Source: Paramecium tetraurelia
Taxonomy: Eukaryota
Length of the DNA stretch: 64,000 nt
Assembly: GCA_000165425.1 (NCBI GenBank)
Contig: CT868032.1
Span: 62,001 to 126,000, forward strand
Direction: 5' to 3'
The number at the start of each line of letters is the position of its first letter. The first letter of the stretch is position 1. The notes under the pieces were generated by a model, which did no database searches, had not been told where the DNA came from, and was given only the letters and a program-made list of their open reading frames with translations. A program made the translations under genes and the position numbers. Positions 1-13,179 of the stretch are shown here, piece after piece.

Positions 1-2
1 AA

Positions 3-173
3 GGTTTTATTGAAACAAAAAATAACATTTTGTAGCTTCAAATGAGTGTAGCTGAGAAAAGATTTAAGTAATAGATTTAAGATTGTAACAACCATTAATA
101 AGTCTAGTAATTATAGTAATTAGATAAGCATAGGTATGTAAGAATGAAGAAAAAATCTCTCAGTTTTATCTGA
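3..173 (+). CDS. 3' end of a hypothetical protein (truncated by window edge)
   Basis: Frame open under ciliate code: GFIETKNNILQLQMSVAEKRFKQQIQDCNNHQQ...KKSLSFI then TGA at 171-173. Confidence 0.5.
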
Positions 174-688
174 ATCTCCCATAAAGATAAACTAGGTTTT
201 ATCTACCATAATATTAAATCTTTATGTATTAAATATAAACATACTGAACCTATAACTATATTTAACATGTTTTATTAAATGAAAATTTAATTTCTTTACC
301 AATATTTAGAATTATATTATAATTTTTAATACTCAATTATTTCGCAATTAACATAATTAAATAAAATCTTTATTACATGCATATTTATTTCAATTTCTGA
401 CATTCTAGAATTCAAGGATGATAAAAACTCTATTCACTGCATATGACTAGGAGTGTTGGTAAGAAAACGACAAACAAAGAACCAATCTTTTTAGGAGACC
501 CATATATATAGGTACTTGGAATATCAAATGATAGTGTATTAGCATTAAAAATCAAATGATAGATATGAGTACATGATTATTTTAATGTATAGCGTAATAG
601 CTAAGAAAAGATTACGTCAGAATTGGTGTTTTAGTTATCATTTTGGTTGATAATTCTGAATATAATTATATAAATTTTAAACAAATAG

Positions 689-2103
689 ATGCTGATATTT
701 TCTATCTTGTCATATTTGGTTAGCGCAAAATTGCAAATCTTTATTGATGGGCAATCGAAGAATTTGAATTACTCGTTAGCAAATTTTGGACATATTCCAT
801 ATGGACGCACATTGGGTGGATTTTTGATAGCACCCAAAGAAATCGAAGATAACTAGTTAGATCTATGCAACAAATCGAATCTCCAGCCATTATCAGATTA
901 GGGGAATGTTTGGATTGTCGCCCGAATTGGGAATTGCTCAGCGACCACAAAAGTACATTCTATATCTTAATATTAGGCATATGTGGCACAGGAATTGGGA
1001 GCTCAGTTGTTGGTGATTATAAGTAACAAGGTGAGTTTGACCAACGGAATGGAGTTGAACAATGATGGGATGGGTTTCAAGGTGCATATCCCAACAATTG
1101 AGATTAGCAAATCGGATGGTGAATAAATATTAAAGGAAACTGCGAGTTCAGAGGATCCACGACAATATGCAATAATATCATTCAATGATTCAAAGAAAGT
1201 CGAAAAAGTATGCAACTTAAACATATATTACAGCCTGAAGTAATTTTGTTCATCACCCTTAATGATAAGGCAGGCTTTAAATTTATAAGGGAATTTCAGT
1301 AATACTATAAAATATTGGAGAAAAAGGTGAAGTTTTCCATAAGTTTTGAAGTAGAAGTGAACAAGAGAGATAAAAGATTGAATTTCACACAGCCAAACGA
1401 TCAATGCATGGGAGGTGGAAGATATTGCATGCAATCAAGGGGAGATGGTTAAGGTAGATTGATAATAGAGGAGCAATTGAGACAGCATTGTATTTGGATT
1501 AACAATGAAACTCAATGGTTTGAGTATATGGTAATAGAAAGTCTAAGAAAATTTAGGATTATTTCGATAAGAATTGTTTTAAGGTTCTAAATTACGCAGC
1601 CTGTTCGAGTGAGAGTTAGATAGCCTAACAGAAGGTAGTGAAGGATTGTGTGGAGAATTCGTATGAGAAGGACTCAAAAAAGGCAAAGGAATTAAAAGAA
1701 AACACAATAATGGATTATTGGGTCGGAAACAAATCATTAAGTGGAATAATATATTTCCCAGGAGTTCTAGTGAATGGCAAGCCTTACCATGGTAATTTGG
1801 AGGCTGAGAGTGTTACTGAGGACATATGCAGCAGTATGATTATAATGATATGATTTAGACATGTTGGATTAATCAGTTTGTTCGGCTTTGTAATAATCAG
1901 AAGATGATTCTCCAAATAGTGGAAGTGAAATCAATTGGGCTATGATTGCATTCGCAGTAGTGAGTTGTATACTTTTTGGTTTGTTCTTGTTTATGTGTTA
2001 TAGAAGGAGATTGAAGATGTAGATGCAATAGGAATTGGGTTAATAAGTAAATGAGATGGTCAGTCAATACATAAAGTTTTATGAAACAAAAAATGAGAAA
2101 TGA
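689..2103 (+). CDS. Vacuolar sorting receptor-like type I membrane protein (PA domain)
   Basis: Signal peptide MLIFSILSYLVSA; NYSLANFGHIPYGRTLGG motif of VSRs; FPGVLVNGKPYHGNLEAESVTEDICS; TM WAMIAFAVVSCILFGLFLFMCY; tail RRRLKMQMQQELGQQVNEMVSQYIKF; short introns. Confidence 0.85.
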
Positions 2104-2203
2104 TCTATATCATAATTTGAAGGTTTATATAATAACTATATAAAAGTAATTGTTATTTATGAATGGACAAATATAATATACTTCCATAATTAGTGTAAAA
2201 ATA

Positions 2204-2788
2204 TCACATAAAACTTCTCAAAATATCACCAATTTCCTTGAATTCCATCTGAAGCATTTTGAATTCCTAGATGGTCAAGTTAATAATTTATTTTTGTAGA
2301 TTGCCCTTCTCATCTTGGATATGGAATTCTAATAAGATGTACAGCTTCTTCAAATTAGGGTATTTGACATCTCCATTGTATTAATTGACTGTCCATTTCA
2401 ACTCTTTCAACTTGCCTAAACTCAATACCTTCTTGACTGCCTCTGGATCAAAGCCTTACAACACCTTCACTAGGTATTCCCTATGATCATCCTATACAAG
2501 AGTATTCTCCTTGATCCATTTACTTAAATGTTCTGCAGAGATATTATTCTTTTGCACGAATCGAATTAAGTAAACATAACTATTGATACAAAACTCAGCC
2601 TCTGCAATCTCCAAAGCCACAGACTCTCGCTAAAATATCTGGAGCATTGATTAAAGTGAAAAGGCACTTTAGTATGAGAGTGTGAATTTGTAAATCTCGT
2701 CCACCAGATATGCGAAGAGACTCAAAGGCACCTTTAATGAAAGATTGAGTCCCCTAATCGAATCTATGTCATAAACATAATTCTGCAT
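2204..2788 (-). CDS. COMM-domain protein (COMMD6/7-like), 194 aa
   Basis: Intronless ORF. C-terminal LGKLKELKWTVNQ..YPNLKKLYILLEFHIQDEKGNLQKQIINLTIQEFKMLQMEFKEIGDIL fits the COMM domain pattern (conserved W, final helix like COMMD6 EMTIPQFQNFYRQFKEI). Confidence 0.7.
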
Positions 2789-2839
2789 TATAATTAAATT
2801 TGTATGAATAGCAGTGACATTTGATATTTTTATACATAT

Positions 2840-4019
2840 TCACTCCGTGGCATATTTGAATCCTCCCAAAAAAATCCAAGTTGATTATTATCGGAGCAAC
2901 AAATTGTTCATCCAATTTCACCTCGTACTTCTTGCCAATCTATACAAACTTTGTATCTGCCTTATACGCTATCACAATGAACCAAATCACTAAAATCAAA
3001 TACAATATTGGGAGTATATAGAAGGTTAAACAGAAGGATTACAAAATGGCCAACTTGAGTAATCTTTAACCAATACTCTATTTCTTGATCTCCTCCATTG
3101 TTATTTCCTAAGCTTCATTTGGAATCACACCCACTGATAATCGTTATGTTCCTCTATCAAGCAGGTTCATCATTTAATTGAACTTTGTTTCTTCCTATTG
3201 AAAGTTCAGGGATAAGTCATTGACTGGCTTAATTTAGTATTAATTCTTACATACTAAATTTAAACATTTATGAAGGTTAAGTACAATCCATATAAATATA
3301 CCAGTCCCTCTCCGAGCAGGAATCCAAAAGGAACATATCCCTCATTAAATACTGAAATACAGAGATCCATGAAGAAGATCAAAACACAGTAAATTAGTGA
3401 GTATTCTATAAATATTCCAAATTTTTTTATTTACATTTTGTATTAATGCATACACGTCCAGATGAAATGTGTATAAGCATCCCCAAGGTTATTATGGGAA
3501 ATAGGAATGTTGTTAGTAGGAATAGTAAATAAAAGTGCCAACCAAAGTACATCACATTCATTAAAGTAGAAAATAAAGTTGTTGCAAATGAATAGCATAT
3601 CATCCAACCTAGCCATTACAATTTCATTACGGTTTCCTACAATTTATGCAGCTTATTACTTATTTCTTTATTCCCCTTGCCTTAAATGTGGCTATATACA
3701 AATCTAAGCTCTATGAAATGAAAAGGAATAGGAAGAAATTACTACAGAATCCCCATTCTTCTACAAAAGCAAAGCCCAAGGCCAATGACAATTAGAATAT
3801 TTGTTATACAGCCAAGACTTTCAGAGTTTGTATTAGGAATTGTTTTCTCTCTTCGCTTGAGGCTTCGCTAATTGTTCTTGCCTGAACGGAGATATCCAAA
3901 GAGATATTTTGTTGATTGACTGGAATCGCCTAGGAAGCAGTAGGTTCTTCAATTTATTGAGTGGAGTCGTGTTATTCGTCAAATTAGTATTATGGATTAT
4001 CATCTTGCAGATCGTTCAT
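2840..4019 (-). CDS. Divergent Bax inhibitor-1/TMBIM (Lifeguard)-like multipass membrane protein, copy 1
   Basis: N-terminal ERKQFLIQTLKVLAVQQIFQL; several TM segments; C-terminal ADTKFVQIGKKYEVKLDEQFVAPIIINLDFF resembles the LFG DTQ..GKKY.L.PEEY.FAAL.LYLD motif; stop position uncertain (apparent extra base near 2865). Confidence 0.6.
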
Positions 4020-4244
4020 TACTATATTATTAAATTATAATAGTTTGTATTTAATAATGCTAATAATAGTATGGGGATGTTATAAAATTAAAAAGAGACA
4101 TAATTGAAAAATAATAAAATATTAACAGTTAAAATTAGGAAACCAATTTCAGAGAGATAACAATGACAACATCGAGTAATTTATCACTACTATTATTTAT
4201 TAATTACTATATTGTATTAAATTATTAGAATTGATTTTTAAATT

Positions 4245-6063
4245 ATGTAAGTCTAAGAGTCAGAGGTTTATAAGCGTATAAAGCTCCTTGGATCGGGAGC
4301 ATATGGAAAAGCATATGTGGCTGAGAGTATTAGAGACGGACAACTATGTGTAATTAAATAAATAGATGATGTCTTTCATGAAACAGTAGATCGAGATCGC
4401 AGTAAGAGTATATGTTAAATTATAGTAAGCATATAGAGAGGCTAAAATAATGTCGACTTTGAAACATCCCAACATCATTAATTTCAGGGAAGTATACAAA
4501 ACCAAAAAGGGTAAATTGTGTATAGTTATGGATTATGCTGATGGTGGTGATTTGGCTTAGAAGATAAAACAAACGCAAGGTTCTTTGTCAGAATCTCAAG
4601 TGCTTGATTGGTTCACTCAATTGAGTTTGGCTGTCAAGTATTGTCATGATCGAAAGATCCTTCACAGAGACATAAAGGCCTCAAATGTGTTTTTAACAAA
4701 AGAAGGGATGGTGAAGTTGGGAGATTTCGGCATTGCCAAGATTTTGTCAACGACATCTCCTTGTGCAAAATCAGTAATCGGTACTCCATATTACATGGCT
4801 CCTGAGATGTTTGAGAATCAACCCTATGGATTTAAATAGGACATCTGGTGTTTGGGAGTAGTTCTTTATGAAATGTGCAATAAACGACCACCATTTGAAG
4901 GTGATAACATCGCATAACTTGCTTTGAAAGTAGTTAGATGTGAAATAACTCCCACTTTGGAGTGTTATTCAAGCAAATTAAGAAGGTATGCAATTGCATT
5001 CACTTCTAGCACAGTTTAATAGGGAAGCTTCTCTCAGGTAAAGAGCATCGACGACCAGCTATCAATGAGATTTTACGAGAGTAAATAATCAGAGATAGGA
5101 TCAAGTCATTTCTAAGGTGAAACACTCTAAAAGGAATAGCAAGTGATTGATCTAGCATCAAAAGCCAAACGATCTGTATAACAATTGCCTCAATTGAAAA
5201 AACGAGTGGCTACTCCCAAATAAAGAGCCAGTCCTAGTGTTCACAAACTGCCTGAAATCAAGAGAACCATCGATACTCCTGATTTTAGTAGGAGAGTACA
5301 GTTGAAATAGAATCAATCAATTCTTCCCACTTAATCTCCGAGAAGACAGTCTCCCAGAAGAAAGAATCAAATATCAGAAGGTCCTGAAACTCCGAACATA
5401 ATGATGAAATCCCCTTCACTGAACATCAGGATTCAGAGTGGTAAAATACTTACAGACAAACATTTTTAATTAAAGAAACAAATCAAGTCATTTGATCGGT
5501 AATAGAGTGGGAGACAATTAGTGAATCACTGTAGCAACATATTTTTTAGTCCAAAAAGAAAGTAATAGGAAGAGGAGGAGAAAGTGCTAGACCCTATTGA
5601 GGAGGCTGATAGTACTCCTTTGACCTTGACTAAATCAAATATTGAATTTCAGGATTTCAATAATTCGATTGAGGAAAGACGGAAGAAGAATAAAATTATT
5701 TATAAAGACCCTTTTAAAAAGGATGATGAAATGAGTCAAATGATCTCATAATTGCAAGAAATTGTGGAAGATGATTTTGACAATCCACCAATTAATGAGT
5801 AGATTAGAGTATGATATCATTTATTAATAAATTAGAATCTAAAAGCTAGATTGATCCAAAAGTTAGGTAGACATTTCGAAGAAGTCTTTAGGTAATGTTT
5901 GCAGGCTTTTAAAAAGAATGGGGATCTTGGTCAAAGTGAAATGATTGGCATTCTCCAGCAAAGATTCTCTGGTGTCTCAATTAAGAAGGTCTCTGGTATT
6001 GCAACTCTAATTCTCACCCTCATTATCTAAACAAAAGGAGAAACCATCAATACTGAATTTTGA
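4245..6063 (+). CDS. NIMA-related (NEK) Ser/Thr kinase; two apparent +1 frameshifts
   Basis: [51 protein letters not shown]; short introns; frame breaks near 4368 and 5116. Confidence 0.9.
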
Positions 6064-6127
6064 CTATTTATTATTATTATATCATTGCTTTATATAAAAT
6101 ACAAAATAATTAATTCTATTCAAACTT

Positions 6128-6532
6128 TCATTCATATAATGATGCCAGAAATTTTCTCTGCTCTTCTGACAATCTTCCAGTAGAGGTCATCATTTATCTT
6201 AATTATTCTGGAGGTATGAAACTGAATGAGACAGTTTTATTCTGACTGTTAGATCGTACGATCTAAAATTCATTCTTATTTTTTAAAATGCTTTTGCAAG
6301 TCTTTGCTGGACTCTAATCCACCATAGGAAGACTGATCTCATCTTGACTATTCTCATTTTAATCATTTGAATGACTAGTCATTTGCACATGCTCATCAGG
6401 GCATGATGATGATTCACTGAATTTTTATTGGATTCTTAACTAAGCATACTTTTCTTATTTGCTAATGGACACTTGATCCCAAAGGGTAATATCATTTCGA
6501 TTTATTGGGATTTGTAGACAAGTCGATCCCAT
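6128..6532 (-). CDS. Small (134 aa) putatively acylated protein with SILK and RVxF-type motifs
   Basis: Intronless ORF MGSTCLQ...KSILKNKNEFQIVRSNSQNKTVSFSF...LYE-TGA. Confidence 0.7.
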
Positions 6533-6660
6533 TTCTTTGTTATTAATAAGTTTAAGTTATGTTTATTTTATAAGTTTATTACTCACACCAATCTAATAAA
6601 TTATGGCATCAATATTTATAATATTTATAATATTTATAATGTTTAATGATTATCATTATC

Positions 6661-7913
6661 TCATCGACCTGATGAAGTTTTTGATTGGACTAAAGAAGTC
6701 AACATATGTCATACAGACTGCCATGAATACATCCTCATCCTTAAGACTCTGAACTTATTAAAATTGTAAACTATACCTATGAAGCCACCTATGTATCAAA
6801 CAAAGACATCAGGGTCAATACTGATATAAAGATGCAAACTCCAGTGTTAATAAAACCCAAAATGATCAGCAAAATCAAATAACCAAAAATTACTGAATAA
6901 ACCAAAAATAATCTCTTGTTGATGATAAAATTATCGTTCTTCACCTATGCCAAATTAGCACTTATCTGATCTGGGAGTTTTGCCACAGGTTTTGAGCATT
7001 ATTTGTTGATATATTCCAAAATGTTGAATGTCTTCGGTAAATCTTTTGGACTTTTTAATAATGATTTGTTCAATTGATTGAAATAGTATATTCCATAAGC
7101 TGATAAAACTTCAAAAGCTAGAATTGGTATATTGTAACTGAAGCCAAATGCAAATAGAAGATTGTTGATTGTGGACAGTAGACAAATTAAAATGATGGGT
7201 AGTTTTCCATAACTGTGCGATTTGTTCAACCTAACCAGCATGATTTATAGGAAAGCATTCCCAATTAGAGCACCACACACAATTTTTGTATACATTATTT
7301 TAGCATCATTTCTCCATGACCCTTTCGAAATGCATGCAAATCCTCCCAAATCTAAGGCAATCAAAATGTTGTAAACAATGTACAGACATTTTTAATACCT
7401 TGTCTAATAAGATTATTAATGATTTCATACAATTCTTTGAGAAGATCTTCCAATAACTATAATTAGTGTTATTATAATAGTTAATGCTAGAGAAGCATAG
7501 AATGTCCACCTGAATGAGTATTTTGACAAAGAATCGTATCTCCCGAATAGCTTCCTATAGTCCTCTCCATTTCTGTATTCCTCCGAGGAATAATAAAAAT
7601 ATCGATCTTAATCCAATGGACTATATTCCACAATACACAGAACTTCAACAAATCTGAAATCCTGTGTCAATAAAAACAAGGATAAAACTCCTATGTATTG
7701 TAGAATTGAGTAAAAATAGTATCTGGTTAAGAAACGGGCTCTGTTCTATGATTCATTAAGAGGTGCTGAATGCTCAACCTATTCATCATTCTTTACACCT
7801 TGTTCATTACTAGAAACGATTGGATCTAATGTGGGATATTTTACTTCTTCAATTACAGCCTATTGTTGGACCATTTCAACATAGGACAGGTGATTATAAT
7901 CTGCTTGTATCAT
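6661..7913 (-). CDS. Divergent BI-1/TMBIM-like membrane protein, copy 2
   Basis: NRARFLTRYYFYSILQ at TM1; C-terminal LFDTQVASQSLKDEDVFMAVCMTYVDFF after splicing a 28-nt intron; 27-nt intron near 7404-7430. Confidence 0.7.
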
Positions 7914-7977
7914 TGTATTAAAATATAAAATTGAATATAAATATATTATTATTAGGCAAATTTATATGTTTAATTGA

Positions 7978-9234
7978 TCATAGGACTATTCCGAAGCATC
8001 TAACCAAGTTTTAGATTGGACATAGCAAATCTAAGTAAACCATGCTAGCTGCAATGAAATTATCATCATGTTGCAAGGACTAATGATAATATATTATAGT
8101 ATTACTCTTGAAGCAACCCTTGTCTCAAATAATAAATTCAAAATTAGACCAGCTAAAAGTATCAATGGAAGACATAAGTATGACTCCCTACTCATGATTT
8201 AAATGATTATTAATGCAATTAAACTTAAAATTGCAGCTACCAATACTAATTTCCTTCTAGGAATAGATATAAAATCCGGGTTGTTTTTCATAATTTCTTA
8301 TGACTAATTATCGGTTTGAACTGCTTCATTGAACATGGTTGTAATATCCTTCTGAGGGGGTAGCTCTTCTGGATTCAACAATAAGGAACGATTGAGTTCA
8401 TTAAAGTAAAACAATCCATAGGCAGCTATTGATTCAAAAATTAGTATCACACTATCGAATTTCTTGAAGAGCAAAATCAATATAAAGTTAAATGGAACCT
8501 GTAGATATATTACATTGTTTGCAAGCTTGTTATAGTAGTGTAGCTTATCAATTTTAATAAGTGAGAGGTTCACTAAACTATTAAGTAACAATATTGAATT
8601 GATGGTTATGGTTACTTCACAGATATTCTTATGGATCCAATAGCTATCCCAGTATTTACCTGCATAACCAACAAGGCATAGTCCAATGAGCACTGCTTAG
8701 GAGTAGAAGAGTGATTGCTGATATTTAACCTAAAGTTTATACAATATGGAATACGATGTTGCGATGAATTCTACCAATCAGAATTGCTAAGGTGTTTAAA
8801 ATCAGTAAGGCAATAATCACATAAAATGTCCATCTCACTTATGAAATTTCATAATATTCTTTCTATCTCCAGTCCTCATACTCCTTATATGTTTAAGCAT
8901 CTGAATGATATTTTAGATATTCTTCATAGCTATAATAATATCCAGCTAATTTGATTTTGGAGAATTTTGTTTATATCGACATGAACCATTTCGTTAATCC
9001 AATAATTTGAATAACCAAAACAATGAAAAATGACATTGCTTAGTATTTATAGCAATTAAATAAGAGTTTCATTCTCTTCATTTTTAATTCATCTAATGAA
9101 TTTTAACTCACTTGTATTGTAGTATTATATGATTGAGGTGGAACATAGTTGCTTAAATCAGGATAATTGATTTTCGTTATTTGATTCTAATCTAAGTTGA
9201 TGTAATTAGAATTGGAGTTATCTACTTAAGACAT
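7978..9234 (-). CDS. Divergent BI-1/TMBIM-like membrane protein, copy 3 (tandem paralogue of copy 2)
   Basis: Shares FE.xAYG.xYFNxLNxSLL..P.xLP block and intron position with copy 2; C-terminal LFETRVASRSLQHDDNFIAASMVYLDLL. Confidence 0.7.
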
Positions 9235-9575
9235 CTAATTATGATAAATATTAATTTATAATAATAAATATTGAAGAAATTATTCATTTATGACAAAATT
9301 TAAAGGGCCAAAAAAGATATATCTAATATTCATAAGGAGTCAACATTTGAAAAAAAGGTATAAATAAAGAGAAAGATCAGGAATTAATAAAAGTTATGGT
9401 AATTGGTCAGTATAAATCGGAAAAGGATATTTTCAAAAATTATATGAATTTTAATTATTATTGCTAAAGATGAATTTAAATCTATGATTGTCTGATAAAT
9501 AAGATTAAATGTATTTAGAATATAAACTCTTTACCAATTTAATTTCTATTTAGAATAAAATGAATTAATAAAATA

Positions 9576-12500
9576 TCATTCAATATCTACGATAAATCCT
9601 TACTCTTGTTATCTTCTAAATGGTCCCAAGGCATTGTGCTTATTTTTACGAGCAGCAATCATTCTCTCTCTTAGCTAATCAATTTAATTTATAAGCATAT
9701 ACCTCATTATCTTCTTTAGTCTAAAAGTCATCATTTGGATGATTGCCAAACCTGTAACCAATAAAATCTAATAAAATAAAATAAATATAGATACCTCCTT
9801 CTCCTAAATTAAATGGACTTTTTTTCAAATTATCACAAGGGTCTTACTATTGTTGTTATTTTTAACCTTTTTAAGGTTGTTTATTATTTTGATTTTCTTA
9901 TTTACCCTATTTACCTTTACCTTTATTTTTTCCTTGTGCCTGCTTCTATAGAGCATTAGAGTCAATATGCAACCATTAGAACTCTTAGATTATAAATTTA
10001 GCTAATTGTAATTCAGCTCCCTCTTCTATTCCAACAAACTTTTAGATCTATTCCTTCAATTCATTAAGAGTTGGAGTCTTAGATACTTTAAAGACGAATT
10101 CTTATTGTTTTATATATACTTTATTTAGAGGATCTCTCTCCTTGATTAGTAAGAGCATTTCATCATCTTTAAGATATTCTGGTTGATTCAAAACTTAGTA
10201 AACAATATCATTCGTGGAGAACTGACATTTCTGAATAGGTAATTCTAGCTTTCTAAACACTTATCCAAAGAATCTATTTTTATTGATGTCTCTGACTCTC
10301 AAATGATCAACATCTACATTCAATCCAAAAGTAGAGATTATCATTTATTTTAAATCTTTCAGAGTGGCATCCTTTCTCATGGTTTCATGTTTTTAAAAGA
10401 CACAATCATCTGGATAACCAGTAGTGGTTGAATAAAGCTGAAATCGTACCAATTCACAATCAATTTATGCTGTTTTATCACATAGTATGAGTAAATCCCT
10501 ATCTCTCAAATAACATTAAGAAACTGTTTTAGTTTCATCTGTTAAACCTTCAGACGGAACTTGTAACCAATCGACTTTATAAAGTCTATATTATGCAGGA
10601 TCCAAATTAAAAGATTTACATGACTCCAACTTAAGTTATTCAATCTTATCTGATCTTGGATCGACATGTATTTCTATATTCTACTCCTTATTCTGAATCA
10701 CAATTGAAATCTTTCCAGTTTCTGGAACCTCTCCCTTCTCTATTTGCAATCTTGCCCCACTACGATATAGTAACAATATAACATTACCCTTCTCTAAAAG
10801 ATTAAAATTCCTTCAGTTATATAGGGAGATCAGTTTTACAGAATAAGATTGATCCATTAAGATTTCTTAATCTATACGCATCAGTGATTCCAAACTACTC
10901 TTTAATAAATTCAATCAAATCCTAGATAGTCTAATTGATATTCACATCTAAAAATAAGAAATAAATCTATACAGAATTTTGAAACTCCATTTTTGTCCTC
11001 CTATTCAACCAGAATTGATATAATATCCTCTCCTCCTTATAAATCTTTTTCATTTTTGTTAACATCTTAAATTGGTGCCTTTTTCTTAACCAAAATTTGA
11101 GATTCAAGAGTTAGTTGCAATTCTTCCAATAATGTTTCATCAGACAAATCTGATACTATTTTTTAATTTTGAACATTTCTTAATTCTTATTCATTTTCTG
11201 GTATTCCAGACAAAGCGAATACCAATTATTTTAATTCCAATAATGTGGTTGAAAGATATAATAGAAATGATTATGGTTGTTTGTTAATGAGTAAATTAAG
11301 TTTGATGGGAATCTTTTTCAATCCAACTTAAAGAAGGTCCTAATCTCTCCTTACTAAAATCCATGTTGATTCATGTTCCACCTTCTCTTCTTCTAATGTA
11401 CTTTCTGGATTCTTCAAATATCTTGGGAAATGTAACAGTTTATTTTAATAGTTTTCTTTAAATTCCAAAAGCCAATATTCATCCTTTTTAATTTATTCAT
11501 ATAATTATTAAATGGTGGAAGATAATTTCAACTTATATGTCACCTTTTCATAATTGTCATTGAGCAATTTATGATTTTATAAATCAACCACTGAAGCATC
11601 TGCTACTGTTATAGTAATGTGTTGTTTAGCTTCCTCATAAGCCTATCTATCCTACTCAATCTTTTCATTTAATTTATTCACATAATCATTAAGATATTTT
11701 GGTATCTCCTCATTTGATAATTTGGATGGCACCAAGTTCCTATCCCTATAAATTAAAATGTAGGCACTCTCAGATCCTTAATACTGTGATTAGATCTTAT
11801 TAACAGGAATAGGAATAACAGTGTTATCATTGAAATCAAACCACCCTTGAGCAACCTTGGGATTACTTATCTCAAATGGCAATTTCACTTCATCATAATC
11901 AACTTCTTCATCATTTTTTTTCTTTTATTACTATTAACTCTCTTCCTTCTCTTACCAATACTCTGGAATGTGAGATAGCCAATCTCCTTCATCCAAAAGA
12001 TCTCTAAAGTAAGCAAAATAATGTCCTCCATGGGCATTCCCTCTATGAATTATTACGCCTTGTAACTCATAGACTAAGTTATCCACTGGATTTTCCAAAT
12101 ATACTCCCATCTCTATCTCTAAAGGAAATTCGAATCGATCATTTAATTTCACTCTCTGCATCCTCTCATAATCAAATGTGTATCTATTCAATGTTATTGT
12201 CAATATTGATGGTAATTTTCTGATCTTGTCTCCTTTCAATGCATCTACCTCTTAATATTTCATCATATTACTTTGAAACCGCATAATTCACATAAGTACT
12301 GGTTGTTTCCATCTAGCAAAAAAGGATTGATATAACTAAACAATCCTTCCGATAAATTTTTATTGCCTTCCACTTAGATATTGAAATCATACATGATTTC
12401 TTCGTTGCCATGAGAATTGTTGCAATTCAAACAAGTTATGTGATGAAACACTACTCCCTTGTAAAATGGAGCAATAATAAAAGGTGTACCATATAGGGAT

Positions 12501-12978
12501 CGATCAAGTGTCTCAAACAATACTCTTATATATATTCATGTAATTGTTACTTGTTTGCATCTGACACATCCTGTTGCTACATTTGTTGACCATCATTCCA
12601 ACCAAAACTAGAAGTCAGCGCTAACGTTGAAGTTGCCTTGGATTGCAAACTTTACAATTATATGAATAGTTTCTAAAACTCTAATAGGAATCTATTTCTG
12701 CTTTCATTTTTAGCGAAATTAGCAGAATCTTCAATTGTTTCTCCACATAATGGCAATGACAGAATGACTTTTCTAAATTCAGGACTCATGTAATAGGATT
12801 GTATTAAACTGTTCAAGTAACATGTGGCACCTTAATTTTTAAGGCCTGCAAAATGTTTTACTCTTGGATATTCTGGCAAATCCATTTAATCGGCGCAATT
12901 TTATGCCCTTCTTGTTTAATAGACTGTGGTTGTTGGATTGTATTCCTCATCCACTGCTTCGAACATGCCATCAAGCAT
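9576..12978 (-). CDS. Ubiquitin-specific protease (USP/C19), USP47/USP40-like, long C-terminal extension
   Basis: Cys box GLKNQGATCYLNSLIQ; LTSSFGW..QQQDV; His box YELQGVIIHRGNAHGGHYFAYFRD; WFDFND; several short introns. Confidence 0.9.
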
Positions 12979-13179
12979 TTTAATATTTTAATTATTTAAT
13001 TTTTATGTAATAAATATAAGAGATCTTTAATTAAAGAATTAAAATAAATATGATTCCCATCCTTAATTAATTCTAATTTTTATGTAATTTATTTTAGATA
13101 TATAATTGCATATATAATTGAATAAATAAACACTTTACATAAATGCATTTAAATATTTTCATTTGATTTGTGAAAAAAT

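Noticed and set aside
400..660. Possible box C/D snoRNA signals (TGAT.., CTGA)
   Set aside because: No clean RTGATGA box, terminal stem or recognisable guide sequence
741..1434. Three minus-strand ORFs in the supplied track
   Set aside because: Antisense shadows of the vacuolar sorting receptor gene; artefacts of standard-code translation
9290..9490. Short plus-strand ORF with GNWSVQIGKGYF
   Set aside because: Too short and featureless to call; may be a gene relic
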